This document shows, one piece after another, positions 1-9,917 of a stretch of DNA of 64,000 bases; within the stretch, counting starts at the first letter, position 1, and every line of letters starts with the position of its first letter. This DNA comes from an uncultured Gemmatimonadota bacterium. GTDB lineage: Bacteria; Gemmatimonadota; Gemmatimonadetes; Gemmatimonadales; Gemmatimonadaceae. The stretch is from positions 31,363 through 95,362 of the forward strand of contig CAIVZZ010000018.1 in assembly GCA_903910555.1 (NCBI GenBank), written 5' to 3'. A program made the translations under genes and the position numbers. Under the pieces are notes generated by a model. That model did no database searches and had not been told where the DNA came from. It worked only from the letters and a program-made list of their open reading frames with translations.

Positions 1-19
1 ACTCAAAACTAGCGAGTTG

Positions 20-48
20 TTGACACCGCATGTTGATGCCGATACTAT
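20..48 (+). promoter_or_regulatory. sigma70-type promoter of the leader peptide/ATP-grasp operon
   Basis: TTGACA (20-25), 17-nt spacer, TACTAT (43-48); ATG at 55 is at the expected +1, implying a leaderless transcript. Confidence 0.8.
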
Positions 49-54
49 CTGATC

Positions 55-138
55 ATGACCCGCGCCCAACTCCCCGCAATGATGTGCTGCTGCATGTGCT
101 GCATGTGCCAACCGGCACATGGGGGAGCGGGAGCGTAG
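55..138 (+). CDS. Met/Cys-rich leader (attenuator) peptide, 27 aa, MTRAQLPAMMCCCMCCMCQPAHGGAGA
   Basis: Hand translation; not in ORF track; ten consecutive Met/Cys codons at 79-108; lies between promoter and terminator. Confidence 0.8.
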   Translation: MTRAQLPAMMCCCMCCMCQPAHGGAGA

Positions 139-182
139 GCGTCAACGCGGCCACCTGAAGCAGGCCACGATGCCTGAACCAA

Positions 183-221
183 CGCCTCCGATCCTCCAAG
201 GATCGGGGGCGCTTTTGTTTT
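183..221 (+). terminator. intrinsic terminator in the leader (attenuator)
   Basis: Stem CGCCTCCGATCCT (183-195) / AGGATCGGGGGCG (199-211), then TTTTGTTTT, 25 nt before the first CDS. Confidence 0.85.
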
Positions 222-246
222 CTACCCTTTCTCTACGAGCGCCACC

Positions 247-1233
247 GTGACACAGCCCAAACCGATCGCCATCTATCACGAGCACCCTGACTGGTTCAAG
301 CCGCTATTCGAAGAGCTTGAACGTCGCGAGCTCCCGTACGTCCGGCTCGACGCCGCGGCGCATGTGTGGGATCCGTCCGAAACGGAATCGCCGTACTCGG
401 TGGTCGTGAATCGTGCCTCGCCGTCTGCGTATCTGCGCGGCCATGCACAGTCGACGTTCCATACCCTGCACTGGCTCAAGCATCTCGAGCGCATCGGCGT
501 CCCTGTCGTGAACGGCAGCGTGACGTACACGTCTGAACTCTCGAAGGCGCTGCAGCTCGATATTCTCGAAGAACTCGGCATTCTCTACCCCCGCGCCCGA
601 GTGATCAACAATGGATCGCAGGCGCCTGCCGCCGCGAAGGGACTCCGCTTTCCTGTTCTCGTGAAGGCGAACATCGGCGGCAGCGGAGCCGGCATCCTGC
701 GCTTCGATACGCCCGAACAGCTCGACGACGCGGCTCGTGACGGCGTCCTCGATTTGGGTGTCGATCACACCGCGCTCGTGCAGGAACTGCTGCCCCTCCG
801 CGATGGACATATCACGCGCGTTGAAGTGCTCGGCGGGAAATTCCTCTACGCCATCAACGTGTATCCGGCCGAGGGATCGTTCAATCTTTGCCCGGCCGAC
901 GTCTGCCAGACCACGGATGGAAAGGAACTCGAGCGCACCTTCTGCGCCGCCGATGCGAAGAAGAACGGAATGCGTGTTGAGGGGTTCACGCCGCCGCAGG
1001 AGATTATCGATACGGTCGAACGCATCGCCGAGCGCGTGCAGCTTGATATCGGCGGCATCGAGTATTTGATCGACGACCGCGATGGCAAGGCATACTACTA
1101 CGACATCAACGCGCTCTCGAACTTCGTCGCCGACGCGCCGAACGTGATCGGCTTCGATCCGTTCTCCCGCTTTGCCGATTACATCGAGTCGCGCGCCGGT
1201 ATCGTGTCGGCCGAACTGGCCGGAGCCCGCTGA
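247..1233 (+). CDS. ATP-grasp ligase, RimK/glutathione synthetase-like
   Basis: FPVLVKANIGGSGAGI, LVQE, GGIEYL, YDINALSNF ATP-grasp motifs. Confidence 0.8.
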   Translation: MTQPKPIAIYHEHPDWFKPLFEELERRELPYVRLDAAAHVWDPSETESPYSVVVNRASPSAYLRGHAQSTFHTLHWLKHLERIGVPVVNGSVTYTSELSKALQLDILEELGILYPRARVINNGSQAPAAAKGLRFPVLVKANIGGSGAGILRFDTPEQLDDAARDGVLDLGVDHTALVQELLPLRDGHITRVEVLGGKFLYAINVYPAEGSFNLCPADVCQTTDGKELERTFCAADAKKNGMRVEGFTPPQEIIDTVERIAERVQLDIGGIEYLIDDRDGKAYYYDINALSNFVADAPNVIGFDPFSRFADYIESRAGIVSAELAGAR

Positions 1234-1235
1234 TC

Positions 1236-2270
1236 ATGCGGTACGGATATTGGATGCCCGTATTCGGCGGCTGGCTGCGGAACGTTCCCGACGAGGGGAT
1301 GGAAGCTTCGTGGGAATATGTGAAGAAGCTTGCGCAGCGCAGCGAACAGATCGGCTACGATCTCACGCTGATCGCCGAACTGTATCTGAACGACATCAAG
1401 GGAATCGAGGCGCCGTCGCTCGAGGCGTGGTCGACCGCCGCGGCGCTTGCGGCCGTCACGGAGCGTCTTGAGCTGATGGTGGCCGTGCGCCCCACCTTTC
1501 ACAATCCGGCGATTCTCGCGAAGCAGGTTGCGAATCTCGATCTGATTTCGAACGGGCGGATTTCCCTGAACGTCGTGTCGAGTTGGTGGGCCGACGAAGC
1601 CCGCCGCTATGGCGTGCAGTTCGACGCGCACGACGATCGCTACGCGCGCACGGAAGACTGGCTCAAGATCATCGCGGGCGCGTGGAAGGAAAAATCCTTC
1701 TCCCACGCGGGGAAATACTACCGGTCGGAGGACACGATTCTCTCGCCGAAGCCCGCAAAACGCCCGACGCTTTATGCGGGCGGAGAATCAGAGGCGGCAA
1801 AATCGTTGATCACGCGTGCCTGCGACGCGTACGTGATGCACGGTGATCCGCCGGAACGCATCGCGCCGAAAGTCGCAGACATCAAGCGACGTCGTGAGGA
1901 AACCGGACTTCCCGAGATGGAGTTCGGGATGGCGGCGTACGCAATCGTGCGGCCCACGGAGCGCGAGGCAAAAGAAGAACTCGCCCGCATCACGAATGTG
2001 AATCCGGGATCTGCCGGTTATAACAATTATCAGGACTGGATCTCACACACCAAGCTCGAGCAGCAGGTTTCGCTCGAGGATTACTCCGTGTCCAACCGCG
2101 GGTTGCGTGCGGGGCTCGTCGGAACTCCGGAACAGGTCGCCGAGCGCGTGAATGAATTCCAGGAAGCCGGCGTTGGCCTGCTTCTCCTGCAGAGCAGTCC
2201 TCAGCTGGAAGAGATGGAGCGGTTTGCGGCCGAGGTTATGCCTCTGACAGCGTCTATCGCAGTTGGCTGA
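1236..2270 (+). CDS. LLM-class flavin-dependent monooxygenase, SsuD/SfnG-like
   Basis: ALAAVTERLELMVAVRP, ISNGRISLNVVSSW, LYAGGES, LVGTPEQVAER luciferase-like motifs. Confidence 0.85.
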   Translation: MRYGYWMPVFGGWLRNVPDEGMEASWEYVKKLAQRSEQIGYDLTLIAELYLNDIKGIEAPSLEAWSTAAALAAVTERLELMVAVRPTFHNPAILAKQVANLDLISNGRISLNVVSSWWADEARRYGVQFDAHDDRYARTEDWLKIIAGAWKEKSFSHAGKYYRSEDTILSPKPAKRPTLYAGGESEAAKSLITRACDAYVMHGDPPERIAPKVADIKRRREETGLPEMEFGMAAYAIVRPTEREAKEELARITNVNPGSAGYNNYQDWISHTKLEQQVSLEDYSVSNRGLRAGLVGTPEQVAERVNEFQEAGVGLLLLQSSPQLEEMERFAAEVMPLTASIAVG

Positions 2271-2769
2271 GATGGCGTTCCTCGTGCTGGCCGATCACTA
2301 GCACCCACTGGTAGCCGTTGAGCGCGCCGAAGACCGGATGCGGCGCGCTCACGGTGGAAAGGTCGCGGCCGTCGACCGTGGCGATCGCCCGGTGGAGCCG
2401 CTCGCGCACCGCCTGCAGCGACGCCCACGATGGCGAGAGCTCAGCATCCGGTTTCGGTTGCGCGCGCTCGGGCGCGTTGATCACGCGACTCCGGTCCAGG
2501 ACTCGGTACTGCTCGAGCGACTTCAGCCACGACGTCGTTGATTTCTCCATCGCGATACCGTCGGCCAGCGCTTTCGCAAAGAGCCCCTCAAGCATCTTGG
2601 TGGCCATCCCTTCCACTGCGCCGAGGTGCTGGATGATCCCGGTGCCGGTCCAGCCACCGTTCTTCGGTTTGTGATCGAACTTGGCCGGCGGAGTGCTCTC
2701 AACGAGCGAGGTGAGGTCCGCACGAATCCGCGCGAGATCAGCGGTCAGCTCTTCCATGATTGGATGCAT
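2254..2769 (-). CDS. DinB-family protein
   Basis: GWT..IIQHL, PHPVFG, HEERHLSQ His triad; TAGTTT-N6-ATG upstream. Confidence 0.8.
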   Translation of the reverse strand: MHPIMEELTADLARIRADLTSLVESTPPAKFDHKPKNGGWTGTGIIQHLGAVEGMATKMLEGLFAKALADGIAMEKSTTSWLKSLEQYRVLDRSRVINAPERAQPKPDAELSPSWASLQAVRERLHRAIATVDGRDLSTVSAPHPVFGALNGYQWVLVIGQHEERHLSQLR

Positions 2770-2865
2770 GGGTCGAAACTAAACCACGGTTCTGGGCGGC
2801 CCGAAAGGGGTGAAACCGTGGCGAAGCGCGTATCGTAAGGAAGGAAGCAGACAACGGGAGGGAGT

Positions 2866-3174
2866 ATGTGGCCGATTATTGTGCTGGGCGTTTCGTTCGC
2901 AATTTCATGGGTGACTTATGGGACCGCTCGGCGGTTTGTGCGCGAGCGGCTCAGATATGTTGAGGCGGCGCTGACGCCAGGCGCGGCGATTGTCGCAGGG
3001 ATTGTCGCCGCAGTTGTGGCGTCGCCGGTGGTGGCGCTGTTGCACATTATTCCGCTGCTCGGCGCGCTCGTCGGCGGTGGGACTGCGCTGGTCTTTGGAT
3101 TGAGCGTAGGCCTTGGCGTGCGGTCCGGCGCTCTCGATGTGAAGCGCGGTTACGTCATCTCGTCGGGCAATTAG
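2866..3174 (+). CDS. small membrane protein of unknown function
   Basis: GGGAGGGAG SD; three hydrophobic segments. Confidence 0.7.
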   Translation: MWPIIVLGVSFAISWVTYGTARRFVRERLRYVEAALTPGAAIVAGIVAAVVASPVVALLHIIPLLGALVGGGTALVFGLSVGLGVRSGALDVKRGYVISSGN

Positions 3175-3213
3175 ACAAAGGCGACGGAACCAATCGGTCC
3201 CGTCGCCTTTGTC
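3174..3213. terminator. hairpin between convergent genes, probable bidirectional terminator
   Basis: GACAAAGGCGACGG / CCGTCGCCTTTGTC perfect 14-bp stem. Confidence 0.7.
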
Positions 3214-3269
3214 GCAGAGCTATCAGCACATCGCGATCGGCCCACAGCGTTCAGTTCAACGCCGTCCGC

Positions 3270-3968
3270 TCACTGCTTAGCGAGCCCAGCGACGTGAACA
3301 CTGATCCCATGATTCACCCGAAACCCATAAATCCCCGACGACGGCGCCATCGGATTCTTTCCGTCGACCGCCGCGACTTCAACATCATTCACATAGAATC
3401 GAACTGAGTCAGCCGCGACTTTCACCGCGAGCTTGTTCGACGTTGCGCCATGATCTTTGTCGGCCGGCTTGATCGCAGCGTTCGCCGTCTGCGCAACAAC
3501 CGTGTGCACATCCGTCTTGTTGTTCGTGCCGCTGCGATGCTTCACCGCAAAGGTGCCGTTTCCATACACGAGGAAATAGCCGTAGGACTCTTTGTCGCCG
3601 CCGAGATCGCTGCCGCCCCAGACGAGGCCGATCGCGTCGTGCAATGGGATCTCGCGCACACCAAAGGTCCCGCTGATCGTGTAGGCTCCGGACGCGGTGT
3701 TAGCCGGATTCCAATAAATGGCGGCCGTGTTGCCCGACGTCACACGCATGCCCGGGCCCATCACGACGAAATTCACCGTCTCCGGTTTATTGGCCGCATT
3801 GTCCGGACGGATCATCCAGCCTGGCGGCGTCGGTCCTTCCTGCGTCACGGCCTTCTGGTCGTCGTGATCCATCTTCATCCCGGCCATGCCGCCGGCGGCC
3901 TGCGCCGATGCGGATGAAGCAATCGCCGCGATGGCGACGATACCAAATACTCCGAGAACTTTCTTCAT
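3270..3968 (-). CDS. secreted protein of unknown function, beta-rich
   Basis: Signal peptide MKK...ASA-Q; GGAGG SD; VRFYVNDVEV and GIYGFRVNH resemble lectin-like beta-sandwich ends. Confidence 0.7.
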   Translation of the reverse strand: MKKVLGVFGIVAIAAIASSASAQAAGGMAGMKMDHDDQKAVTQEGPTPPGWMIRPDNAANKPETVNFVVMGPGMRVTSGNTAAIYWNPANTASGAYTISGTFGVREIPLHDAIGLVWGGSDLGGDKESYGYFLVYGNGTFAVKHRSGTNNKTDVHTVVAQTANAAIKPADKDHGATSNKLAVKVAADSVRFYVNDVEVAAVDGKNPMAPSSGIYGFRVNHGISVHVAGLAKQ

Positions 3969-3982
3969 ACCCTGCCTCCAGT

Positions 3983-4144
3983 TCAGTTATCCTGCCTGCC
4001 CTTCGCGAATCGCAGCAACAACGTCAGCGCCAGCAGACCGATTCCGGTCCAGCGCAGCAATGCATTGTCCATTCGTGCACCCAATCCCCAAACTACGATT
4101 CCCGCGCATGCGAGCGCGAGCCTCGCAATCAGCACCGGATTCAT
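3983..4144 (-). CDS. unannotated 53-aa two-TM membrane protein
   Basis: MNPVLIARLALACAGIVVWGLGARMDNALLRWTGIGLLALTLLLRFAKGRQDN; ATGA overlap with upstream stop, GGGAG SD, fills the gap between the two genes. Confidence 0.75.
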   Translation of the reverse strand: MNPVLIARLALACAGIVVWGLGARMDNALLRWTGIGLLALTLLLRFAKGRQDN

Positions 4145-5232
4145 GACGATCTCCCTGTTGAATCGATCACGTCTTCGCGTTCGGTACCGGCAATCTCCAG
4201 AATGAAATCTGCACCAAATGCCAGCGACGGAGTCTGGAATCCCGGCTTCGCTCCGCCGGCGAGCGCCTTCTCCGCGGCTGCGACGGCGGTAAGCGCAGTG
4301 AGTGTGTAACCGTCCGGCGTCTGGAGCCGCGATGTGACTCGGCGGCCGTCATCGTCCCACGCTTCGCCCCAAATGCGCGCCGTCGCGCCGGCCCGTTTTG
4401 CATCGCTCGGGCCGGCTGCACCAGCGCGGATTCGATCTTTGAGAAACGATTGCGCCGGTGCGGTCGCCAGAAGCCAGCCGATATACCGCGACGCGATCAT
4501 ACCGCGAATCGCACTCGCGGGCGCGGCCGTGTACACGTCGATGTTCGGAATGCCCGTGCTATGAAATGCCGTGGATACATCGCCCCACGGCAGCGTCACG
4601 ACATGCCGCACACGATCTCCGAAGTCGATATCGCGCTGGCGCCAACCCGCAGGCACGTGCGTAATTTTTCCACCGCGGCGAACCGCGCCGCCGCGCTGAA
4701 TGTTTTCGACCATCGTCGTCGCGGTACCGCGCGAAAGTCCGGTGCCGCCGGAAAACGCGAGCGTGAGCCAACTGGCGGTCGGGAGGCGGCGATAGAGGTG
4801 CGCAGCGAGACAGTCCGTTGGAGTGACGTCGAATCCAGCGCCCGGGAGCAGCATCACACCCGCTTCGCGCGCCTGCGCCGATCGCGCCTTTGACGCGAGC
4901 GTCTCGAATACGGAGATCTCGCCCGTGATATCCAGGTAGTGCGCGCGACTGCGAATACACGCGTCGACCATCGGCGCAGATGTACGCGAGAACGGGCCCG
5001 CTGCGTGGATCACCACCGCACATCCGGCGAGGATCGCATCGAGCGCGGCCGGATCGTCCAGCGCCGCGGGACGCGACTCGAGGCCATGCTCCTGCGCGAG
5101 CGCGTTCACGTCGGCCGTGTTGCGCCCCGAGAGAATCGGTCGCAGTCCTCGCTCTACCGCATGCTTTACGATGAGGCGGCCGGTATAGCCGTTCGCTCCA
5201 TAGACGAGCAGCGCGCCGCCGGGTGCCGTCAC
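4141..5232 (-). CDS. saccharopine dehydrogenase-like NAD(P)-binding oxidoreductase
   Basis: YGANGYTG, HAAGPF, YLDITGE, GFDVTPTD motifs. Confidence 0.85.
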   Translation of the reverse strand: MTAPGGALLVYGANGYTGRLIVKHAVERGLRPILSGRNTADVNALAQEHGLESRPAALDDPAALDAILAGCAVVIHAAGPFSRTSAPMVDACIRSRAHYLDITGEISVFETLASKARSAQAREAGVMLLPGAGFDVTPTDCLAAHLYRRLPTASWLTLAFSGGTGLSRGTATTMVENIQRGGAVRRGGKITHVPAGWRQRDIDFGDRVRHVVTLPWGDVSTAFHSTGIPNIDVYTAAPASAIRGMIASRYIGWLLATAPAQSFLKDRIRAGAAGPSDAKRAGATARIWGEAWDDDGRRVTSRLQTPDGYTLTALTAVAAAEKALAGGAKPGFQTPSLAFGADFILEIAGTEREDVIDSTGRSS

Positions 5233-6002
5233 TGCGCCGGCTCGGAGCCTCGCGTGTGGCTGAGAATTCCAGTGCGGAACGCCTCGGTTTCGCGTGCCTC
5301 GACATTTGCCTCGATCCCCTCGGCAATGCCATCACGAAATGAAAGCAGATCGAGCCGATAGAACAGGCGTTTGGTCAGCCCCATCGACGACATCGGTGAG
5401 CTCGCGAGTCCGAGCACGTAGCGCTCGACCTCCGAATCGAACGCAGCCGCCGGAAGCACGCGGCTCACGAGTCCGATCCGCTCGGCCTCAATGGCATTGA
5501 TCGTGCGGCCAGAAGCGACGAGATCGAACGCATGTTTCTCACCCACCGATCGGCGGAGCATGTTCAACACCATCGCCGGAATGAATCCGATGCGAACCTC
5601 GGGATAGCCAAATTTTGCGTCGTCGCGCGCGAGCACCACGTCGCATGCAGTGGCGAGTCCGCAGCCGCCGGCAATCGCCCCGCCCTGCACCGCGGCGACA
5701 ATCGGCTTCTGCATTCCGCGCATCGTGGTGAATACGCGGCCGAGGTCGGCGGCATCGCGGCGATGTTCCTCGTGCGAGGCGTCGAGCATCTCTGCGAGCG
5801 CGTCGAGATCCACGCCGCCGCAAAAATCGTCGCCATCTCCTTTGATGAGGACGGCACGAACGGCATCGTCGCCCTCAAACTCCATCAATGCGTCGACGAG
5901 TTCGTGCACACACTGCGAGTCGAGCGCATTGCGTTTTTCCGGGCGCGCGAGAGCGATGCGTCCAACCGCACCAGCGATATCAACCCGGATTCGCGCGGTC
6001 AC
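5229..6002 (-). CDS. enoyl-CoA hydratase/isomerase (methylglutaconyl-CoA hydratase-like)
   Basis: RPEKRNAL, FCGGVDL, KPIVAAVQGGAIAGG, FGYPEVRIG crotonase motifs. Confidence 0.85.
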   Translation of the reverse strand: MTARIRVDIAGAVGRIALARPEKRNALDSQCVHELVDALMEFEGDDAVRAVLIKGDGDDFCGGVDLDALAEMLDASHEEHRRDAADLGRVFTTMRGMQKPIVAAVQGGAIAGGCGLATACDVVLARDDAKFGYPEVRIGFIPAMVLNMLRRSVGEKHAFDLVASGRTINAIEAERIGLVSRVLPAAAFDSEVERYVLGLASSPMSSMGLTKRLFYRLDLLSFRDGIAEGIEANVEARETEAFRTGILSHTRGSEPAQ

Positions 6003-6361
6003 GGCGACTCGCCAGCGGGCGGAAGTTTGAGCGCGCTCGCTTCGGCATCGGGAATATCAACGACCATCCGGAGCAGCGCAGTCGAAAAGACTTTTCCCTG
6101 CGCATCGGTCTTGAGGGAGAGCGTCCCGCCGCCGTCGAGCGCGCCGTGCAAAAGAAAATTCAGCGCGTTCAGATTCGGCAGCTCGTAACGCTCCACTCCT
6201 CCGGTAATCACGCCGGTGAAGTGCGCGGCGACGCGATCGCGCGTCACGTACTTGGAAATCGGAGCATACCACTCCGGCTTCAGCGCGATGAGGCCGACGT
6301 TGGCCGTGTCGCCCTTGTCACCCGAGCGGGCATGTGCGATGTCGAGCAGGCGGACTTTCAT
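5999..6361 (-). CDS. AtuA-related C-terminal domain protein
   Basis: [30 protein letters not shown]. Confidence 0.8.
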   Translation of the reverse strand: MKVRLLDIAHARSGDKGDTANVGLIALKPEWYAPISKYVTRDRVAAHFTGVITGGVERYELPNLNALNFLLHGALDGGGTLSLKTDAQGKVFSTALLRMVVDIPDAEASALKLPPAGESP

Positions 6362-7731
6362 TCGAGCACCGTCACTTGCGTTTGCACGACTGTTTTATCG
6401 ATGAGTGCGGGCCAGTACGCAACGATCTCTTCGGTCTTCGGTCGGCCGCCGGCAAAACCCGTCACGCTCGGCGGTCCGTTGAGAACCAACGGCACAATTT
6501 CACGGGTGAAACGCTCGACTTTCTTTTTGTCGGCGTCGCGCACGCCGATGCGATACTGCACCTCGGGTGCGTGCTTGCCGGCATCGGGTCCGGCGAGCGG
6601 GCCGTGCGTCGCGTTCGCGCCGACGAACTCCGAGAGGACCTGCTCGAACTTCAGGCCAAGTCTGTCGAGGCGTTCGCGCAACACGCGATCGGCGAGCTGC
6701 GCTTTCTCCAGCGCATCGGGCCAGGCGTACACGAGTGAGCCGACCGCTTTGTATCCCGAGCGGTACGCGATCGAGACCTTGAGTTTGTCTGTCGCGGGCT
6801 TTCCAGTGATGCCGTGCACACGCACGCGGTTCTTGCCGTCGGGCGCGATATGAATCGACGTGAAATCTGCGACAACATCGGGCGTGATGTACGCGTGCGG
6901 ATCGCCCATCTCATACACGAGCTGTTCGCTGACCGTCTGGACCGAGACGAGCCCGCCGGTATTCGGATGCTTCGTCACGACAAACGTGCCGTCAGCCTGA
7001 GCTTCAACGATCGGATAGCCGATATCGGCAAGATTTTCTATCGAGCGCCACTCGTACAAACAATTTCCACCCGAGCACTGCGCGCCACACTCAATGATAT
7101 GCCCGGCGATGATTCCAGCCGCGAGCTTGTCCCAGTCGTCTGCAGCCCAGCCGAACTCGTAGCGCAACGGCGCCATCGTGAGTGCGGTGTCGGTGGAGCG
7201 GCCGGTGATGACGACGTTCGCACCCTTCGTCAGCGCCTCAACAATCGGCACGCTGCCGATGTACGCGTTCGCGGCAATGACGCGATCGCGCACGATCGAG
7301 AGCGGCTCACCCGTGTCCATGTTCTTCAGTTCGTGCCCGGAGGCGAGCAACTCGTCGATACGCGGGAGAAGATTGTCGCCCGTGACGACGCCGACTTTCA
7401 GCTTGCCGGCTGCACCGCGCGCGCGCGCCATCTCGAGCACTGCGGCCGCGCACGCCTCAGGATTCACCCCGCCGGCATTTGCGATCACTTTGATTCCGCG
7501 CTCGGCGACTCCGCTCAGCACCGATTCCATTGCGCCGACAAAATCTTTCGCGTAGCCCGCCGACGGATCACGCTCCTTCTGCTTTTGCAGAATGGACATT
7601 GTGACTTCGGCGAGATAGTCGAGCATCAGATAATCAACGGGGCCGCCTTCGGCCTGGCGCCGCGGCGCCTCGAGCCAATCGCCCCAAAAGCCCTGGGCGC
7701 CGGCAACGCGCACTACTTTTTTTGCAGTCAT
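6358..7731 (-). CDS. acyclic terpene utilization AtuA family (DUF1446) protein
   Basis: [41 protein letters not shown]. Confidence 0.85.
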   Translation of the reverse strand: MTAKKVVRVAGAQGFWGDWLEAPRRQAEGGPVDYLMLDYLAEVTMSILQKQKERDPSAGYAKDFVGAMESVLSGVAERGIKVIANAGGVNPEACAAAVLEMARARGAAGKLKVGVVTGDNLLPRIDELLASGHELKNMDTGEPLSIVRDRVIAANAYIGSVPIVEALTKGANVVITGRSTDTALTMAPLRYEFGWAADDWDKLAAGIIAGHIIECGAQCSGGNCLYEWRSIENLADIGYPIVEAQADGTFVVTKHPNTGGLVSVQTVSEQLVYEMGDPHAYITPDVVADFTSIHIAPDGKNRVRVHGITGKPATDKLKVSIAYRSGYKAVGSLVYAWPDALEKAQLADRVLRERLDRLGLKFEQVLSEFVGANATHGPLAGPDAGKHAPEVQYRIGVRDADKKKVERFTREIVPLVLNGPPSVTGFAGGRPKTEEIVAYWPALIDKTVVQTQVTVLE

Positions 7732-9362
7732 TCGGTGGATGCTTCCATTCGAGCGGGGAGAACGAACGCGCCGAGGTGTGGTCCGGGATTCTGGAGCGCA
7801 CTGCGCAGCGCCATGCCGAGCGCCGTGCGCGTGTCCTCGGGGTAGACAATCGCGTCAATGAATCCGCGCGCGCCGGCGTAGCGCGCGTCGAGCTGTTCCT
7901 CATAGTCGGCGCGCATCTCGGCGGCCGAATCAGTTACCGCTTGTGAAACCGGCTCACCGGCTTTCTTTGCTGCGGCCATCGCCGGTCCGTGCACCGCCTC
8001 CACTGCGGCGGCGCCTTCCATCACACCCATGCGGCCCGATGGCCAGGAGAAAATGAAATCAGGATCAAACCCCTGCCCTGCCATCGCGTAGTATCCCGCG
8101 CCCGACGCGTGATTGACCGTCAGTACGATCTTGGGTGAGACTGCCGTCGCCATCGCTTCGACAAAGCGCGCGCCCGAGCGGATGATTCCCGAATGTTCGG
8201 CCTCGGGACCAACCATGAAGCCTGAGACATCCTGCACAAAAAGAATCGGCGTTCCCGCGCGGCTGCACCGGTCAATGAAATACGCCGCCTTCTCAGCGCT
8301 CTCGGCGTAAATGATTCCGCCGAAGCGCGGTTTTTCACCCGCGCGCCCTTTGATCAGGCCGCGCTGATTGGCGATGATCCCGACTTGAATACCTTCGATC
8401 CGCGCATCGGCGCAGATCATTTCTTTCGCCAGATGCTCTTGGAATTCATCAAGCGATCCTGCGTCAACCACGCAGTTGAGGATCGAGTGCATATCGTAGG
8501 ACATGCGGTGATCGGCGGGGAGCAGATCGTAAAGCGCCGACGGATCTGTCGCCGTCGCAGTGATCTCAGAACCGTAAGTCGACAGCTCTCGTCTGACGTC
8601 GCGCTGTTTAGGAAGTCGCCCAACCAGTTCCCTGATCTTTCGGATGCATTCGGCGTCGTTGTCCACCGCGTAGTGCGCCACCCCACTGACTTCGGTGTGG
8701 GTCACAGCTCCGCCGAGCGTCTCGCCGTCGATCGTCTCACCGGTCGCCCCCTTCACGAGATTCGGCCCGGCCAGTCCCATGAATGAGGTTCCCTTCACCA
8801 TGAGAATCACGTCCGATAGAGCTGGCAGGTAGGCGCCGCCGGCAACGCACTGTCCCATGACCGCCGCGATCTGCGGAATCCGCAGATAACGGCGCATAAG
8901 CGAGTTGTAATAGAAAATTCGCGCGGCGCCGTACTGTCCCGGAAAAACTCCGCCCTGATACGGAAGATTCACGCCGGCGGAATCCACCATATAGATGATC
9001 GGAATGCGGCACCGCATCGCGATTTCCTGCGCACGCAGAATCTTCGTGATCGTCTCGGGCCACCACGAACCAGCTTTCACTGTGGCATCGTTGGCCACAA
9101 CGACGCACTCGCGCCCGTCGACCATCGCGATTCCGGTGACGACTCCCGCGCCCGGCGCCTGGCCGTCGTAGCGATCGTACGCGACCAGCAGCCCGATCTC
9201 GAGGAAATGCGAATCCGCGTCCATGAGCTGCGTGACGCGCTCCCGGGCGGTGAGCTTTCCCTGTTTGTGCTGCTTGGATGCTTTGTCTGGGCCGCCGCCT
9301 TCGCGGAGTCGGGCTTCGAGTTCGCGCGTAATCGCGCTGAGCTCACTGAGTCTTGAGGTCAC
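7728..9362 (-). CDS. acyl-CoA carboxylase carboxyltransferase (beta) subunit, MCC-like
   Basis: [39 protein letters not shown]; start placed at GTG overlapping upstream stop. Confidence 0.9.
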   Translation of the reverse strand: MTSRLSELSAITRELEARLREGGGPDKASKQHKQGKLTARERVTQLMDADSHFLEIGLLVAYDRYDGQAPGAGVVTGIAMVDGRECVVVANDATVKAGSWWPETITKILRAQEIAMRCRIPIIYMVDSAGVNLPYQGGVFPGQYGAARIFYYNSLMRRYLRIPQIAAVMGQCVAGGAYLPALSDVILMVKGTSFMGLAGPNLVKGATGETIDGETLGGAVTHTEVSGVAHYAVDNDAECIRKIRELVGRLPKQRDVRRELSTYGSEITATATDPSALYDLLPADHRMSYDMHSILNCVVDAGSLDEFQEHLAKEMICADARIEGIQVGIIANQRGLIKGRAGEKPRFGGIIYAESAEKAAYFIDRCSRAGTPILFVQDVSGFMVGPEAEHSGIIRSGARFVEAMATAVSPKIVLTVNHASGAGYYAMAGQGFDPDFIFSWPSGRMGVMEGAAAVEAVHGPAMAAAKKAGEPVSQAVTDSAAEMRADYEEQLDARYAGARGFIDAIVYPEDTRTALGMALRSALQNPGPHLGAFVLPARMEASTE

Positions 9363-9781
9363 ACTTCCTGCGCGCGTCGCGATTCGTTTGCCACAAACCA
9401 ATCCTTGATGTATTGCACGAGGTCAGCGGTGGAAGTCCCTGGGCCAAATAGCTTTCCGACGCCAAGCGTTTGGAGCATCTCCATGTCTTCCTTGGGGATG
9501 ATTCCGCCGCCGGTCACGAGGATATCGCCGCGCCCCTCGGCCTTGAGCAGCTCGTAGACGCGGGGGAACAGCGTCATGTGGGCGCCGGAGAGGATCGACA
9601 GGCCAACCACGTCGACGTCCTCCTGTACGGCCGCACTCGCGATCATTTCCGGAGTCTGGTGGAGGCCTGTGTAAATGACCTCCATGCCAGCGTCACGCAG
9701 CGCAGCGGCGACGACCTTGGCACCACGGTCGTGACCGTCGAGACCGGGTTTGGCTACGAGCACTCGGATGGGGCGTGTCAT
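9359..9781 (-). CDS. acyl-CoA mutase small subunit, cobalamin-binding domain (IcmB-like)
   Basis: [10 protein letters not shown] (DxHxxG), SILSGAH, GGIIP. Confidence 0.9.
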   Translation of the reverse strand: MTRPIRVLVAKPGLDGHDRGAKVVAAALRDAGMEVIYTGLHQTPEMIASAAVQEDVDVVGLSILSGAHMTLFPRVYELLKAEGRGDILVTGGGIIPKEDMEMLQTLGVGKLFGPGTSTADLVQYIKDWFVANESRRAQEV

Positions 9782-9840
9782 TCATTGAATTTGGCCGCCT
9801 GCAGTAGTCGGGGCAACTGCGCGACCACATAAAAAAACGC

Positions 9841-9917
9841 CTGCCGCAGGTCTACGCGGGTTGGCGCGGGTGACCTGCTGTCTCCGACCCGCGAATACCC
9901 GCGTCAACCCGCGGCGG
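9841..9917. repeat. palindromic element with 10-nt CGCGGGT subrepeats, copy 1
   Basis: Arms 9841-9871 and 9887-9917; same architecture as 16033-16109; followed on - strand by a T7 run. Confidence 0.75.

Noticed and set aside
55..138. Leader peptide as graspetide RiPP precursor or metallothionein
   Set aside because: No Asp/Glu for ATP-grasp macrocyclisation; the terminator/antiterminator geometry fits attenuation better. Metal binding not strictly excluded.
55..246. SAM riboswitch or T-box
   Set aside because: No recognisable SAM-I core or T-box motif by eye; an Rfam scan would settle it
9782..9840. Cobalamin riboswitch before the mutase small subunit
   Set aside because: Region too short and no B12-box seen
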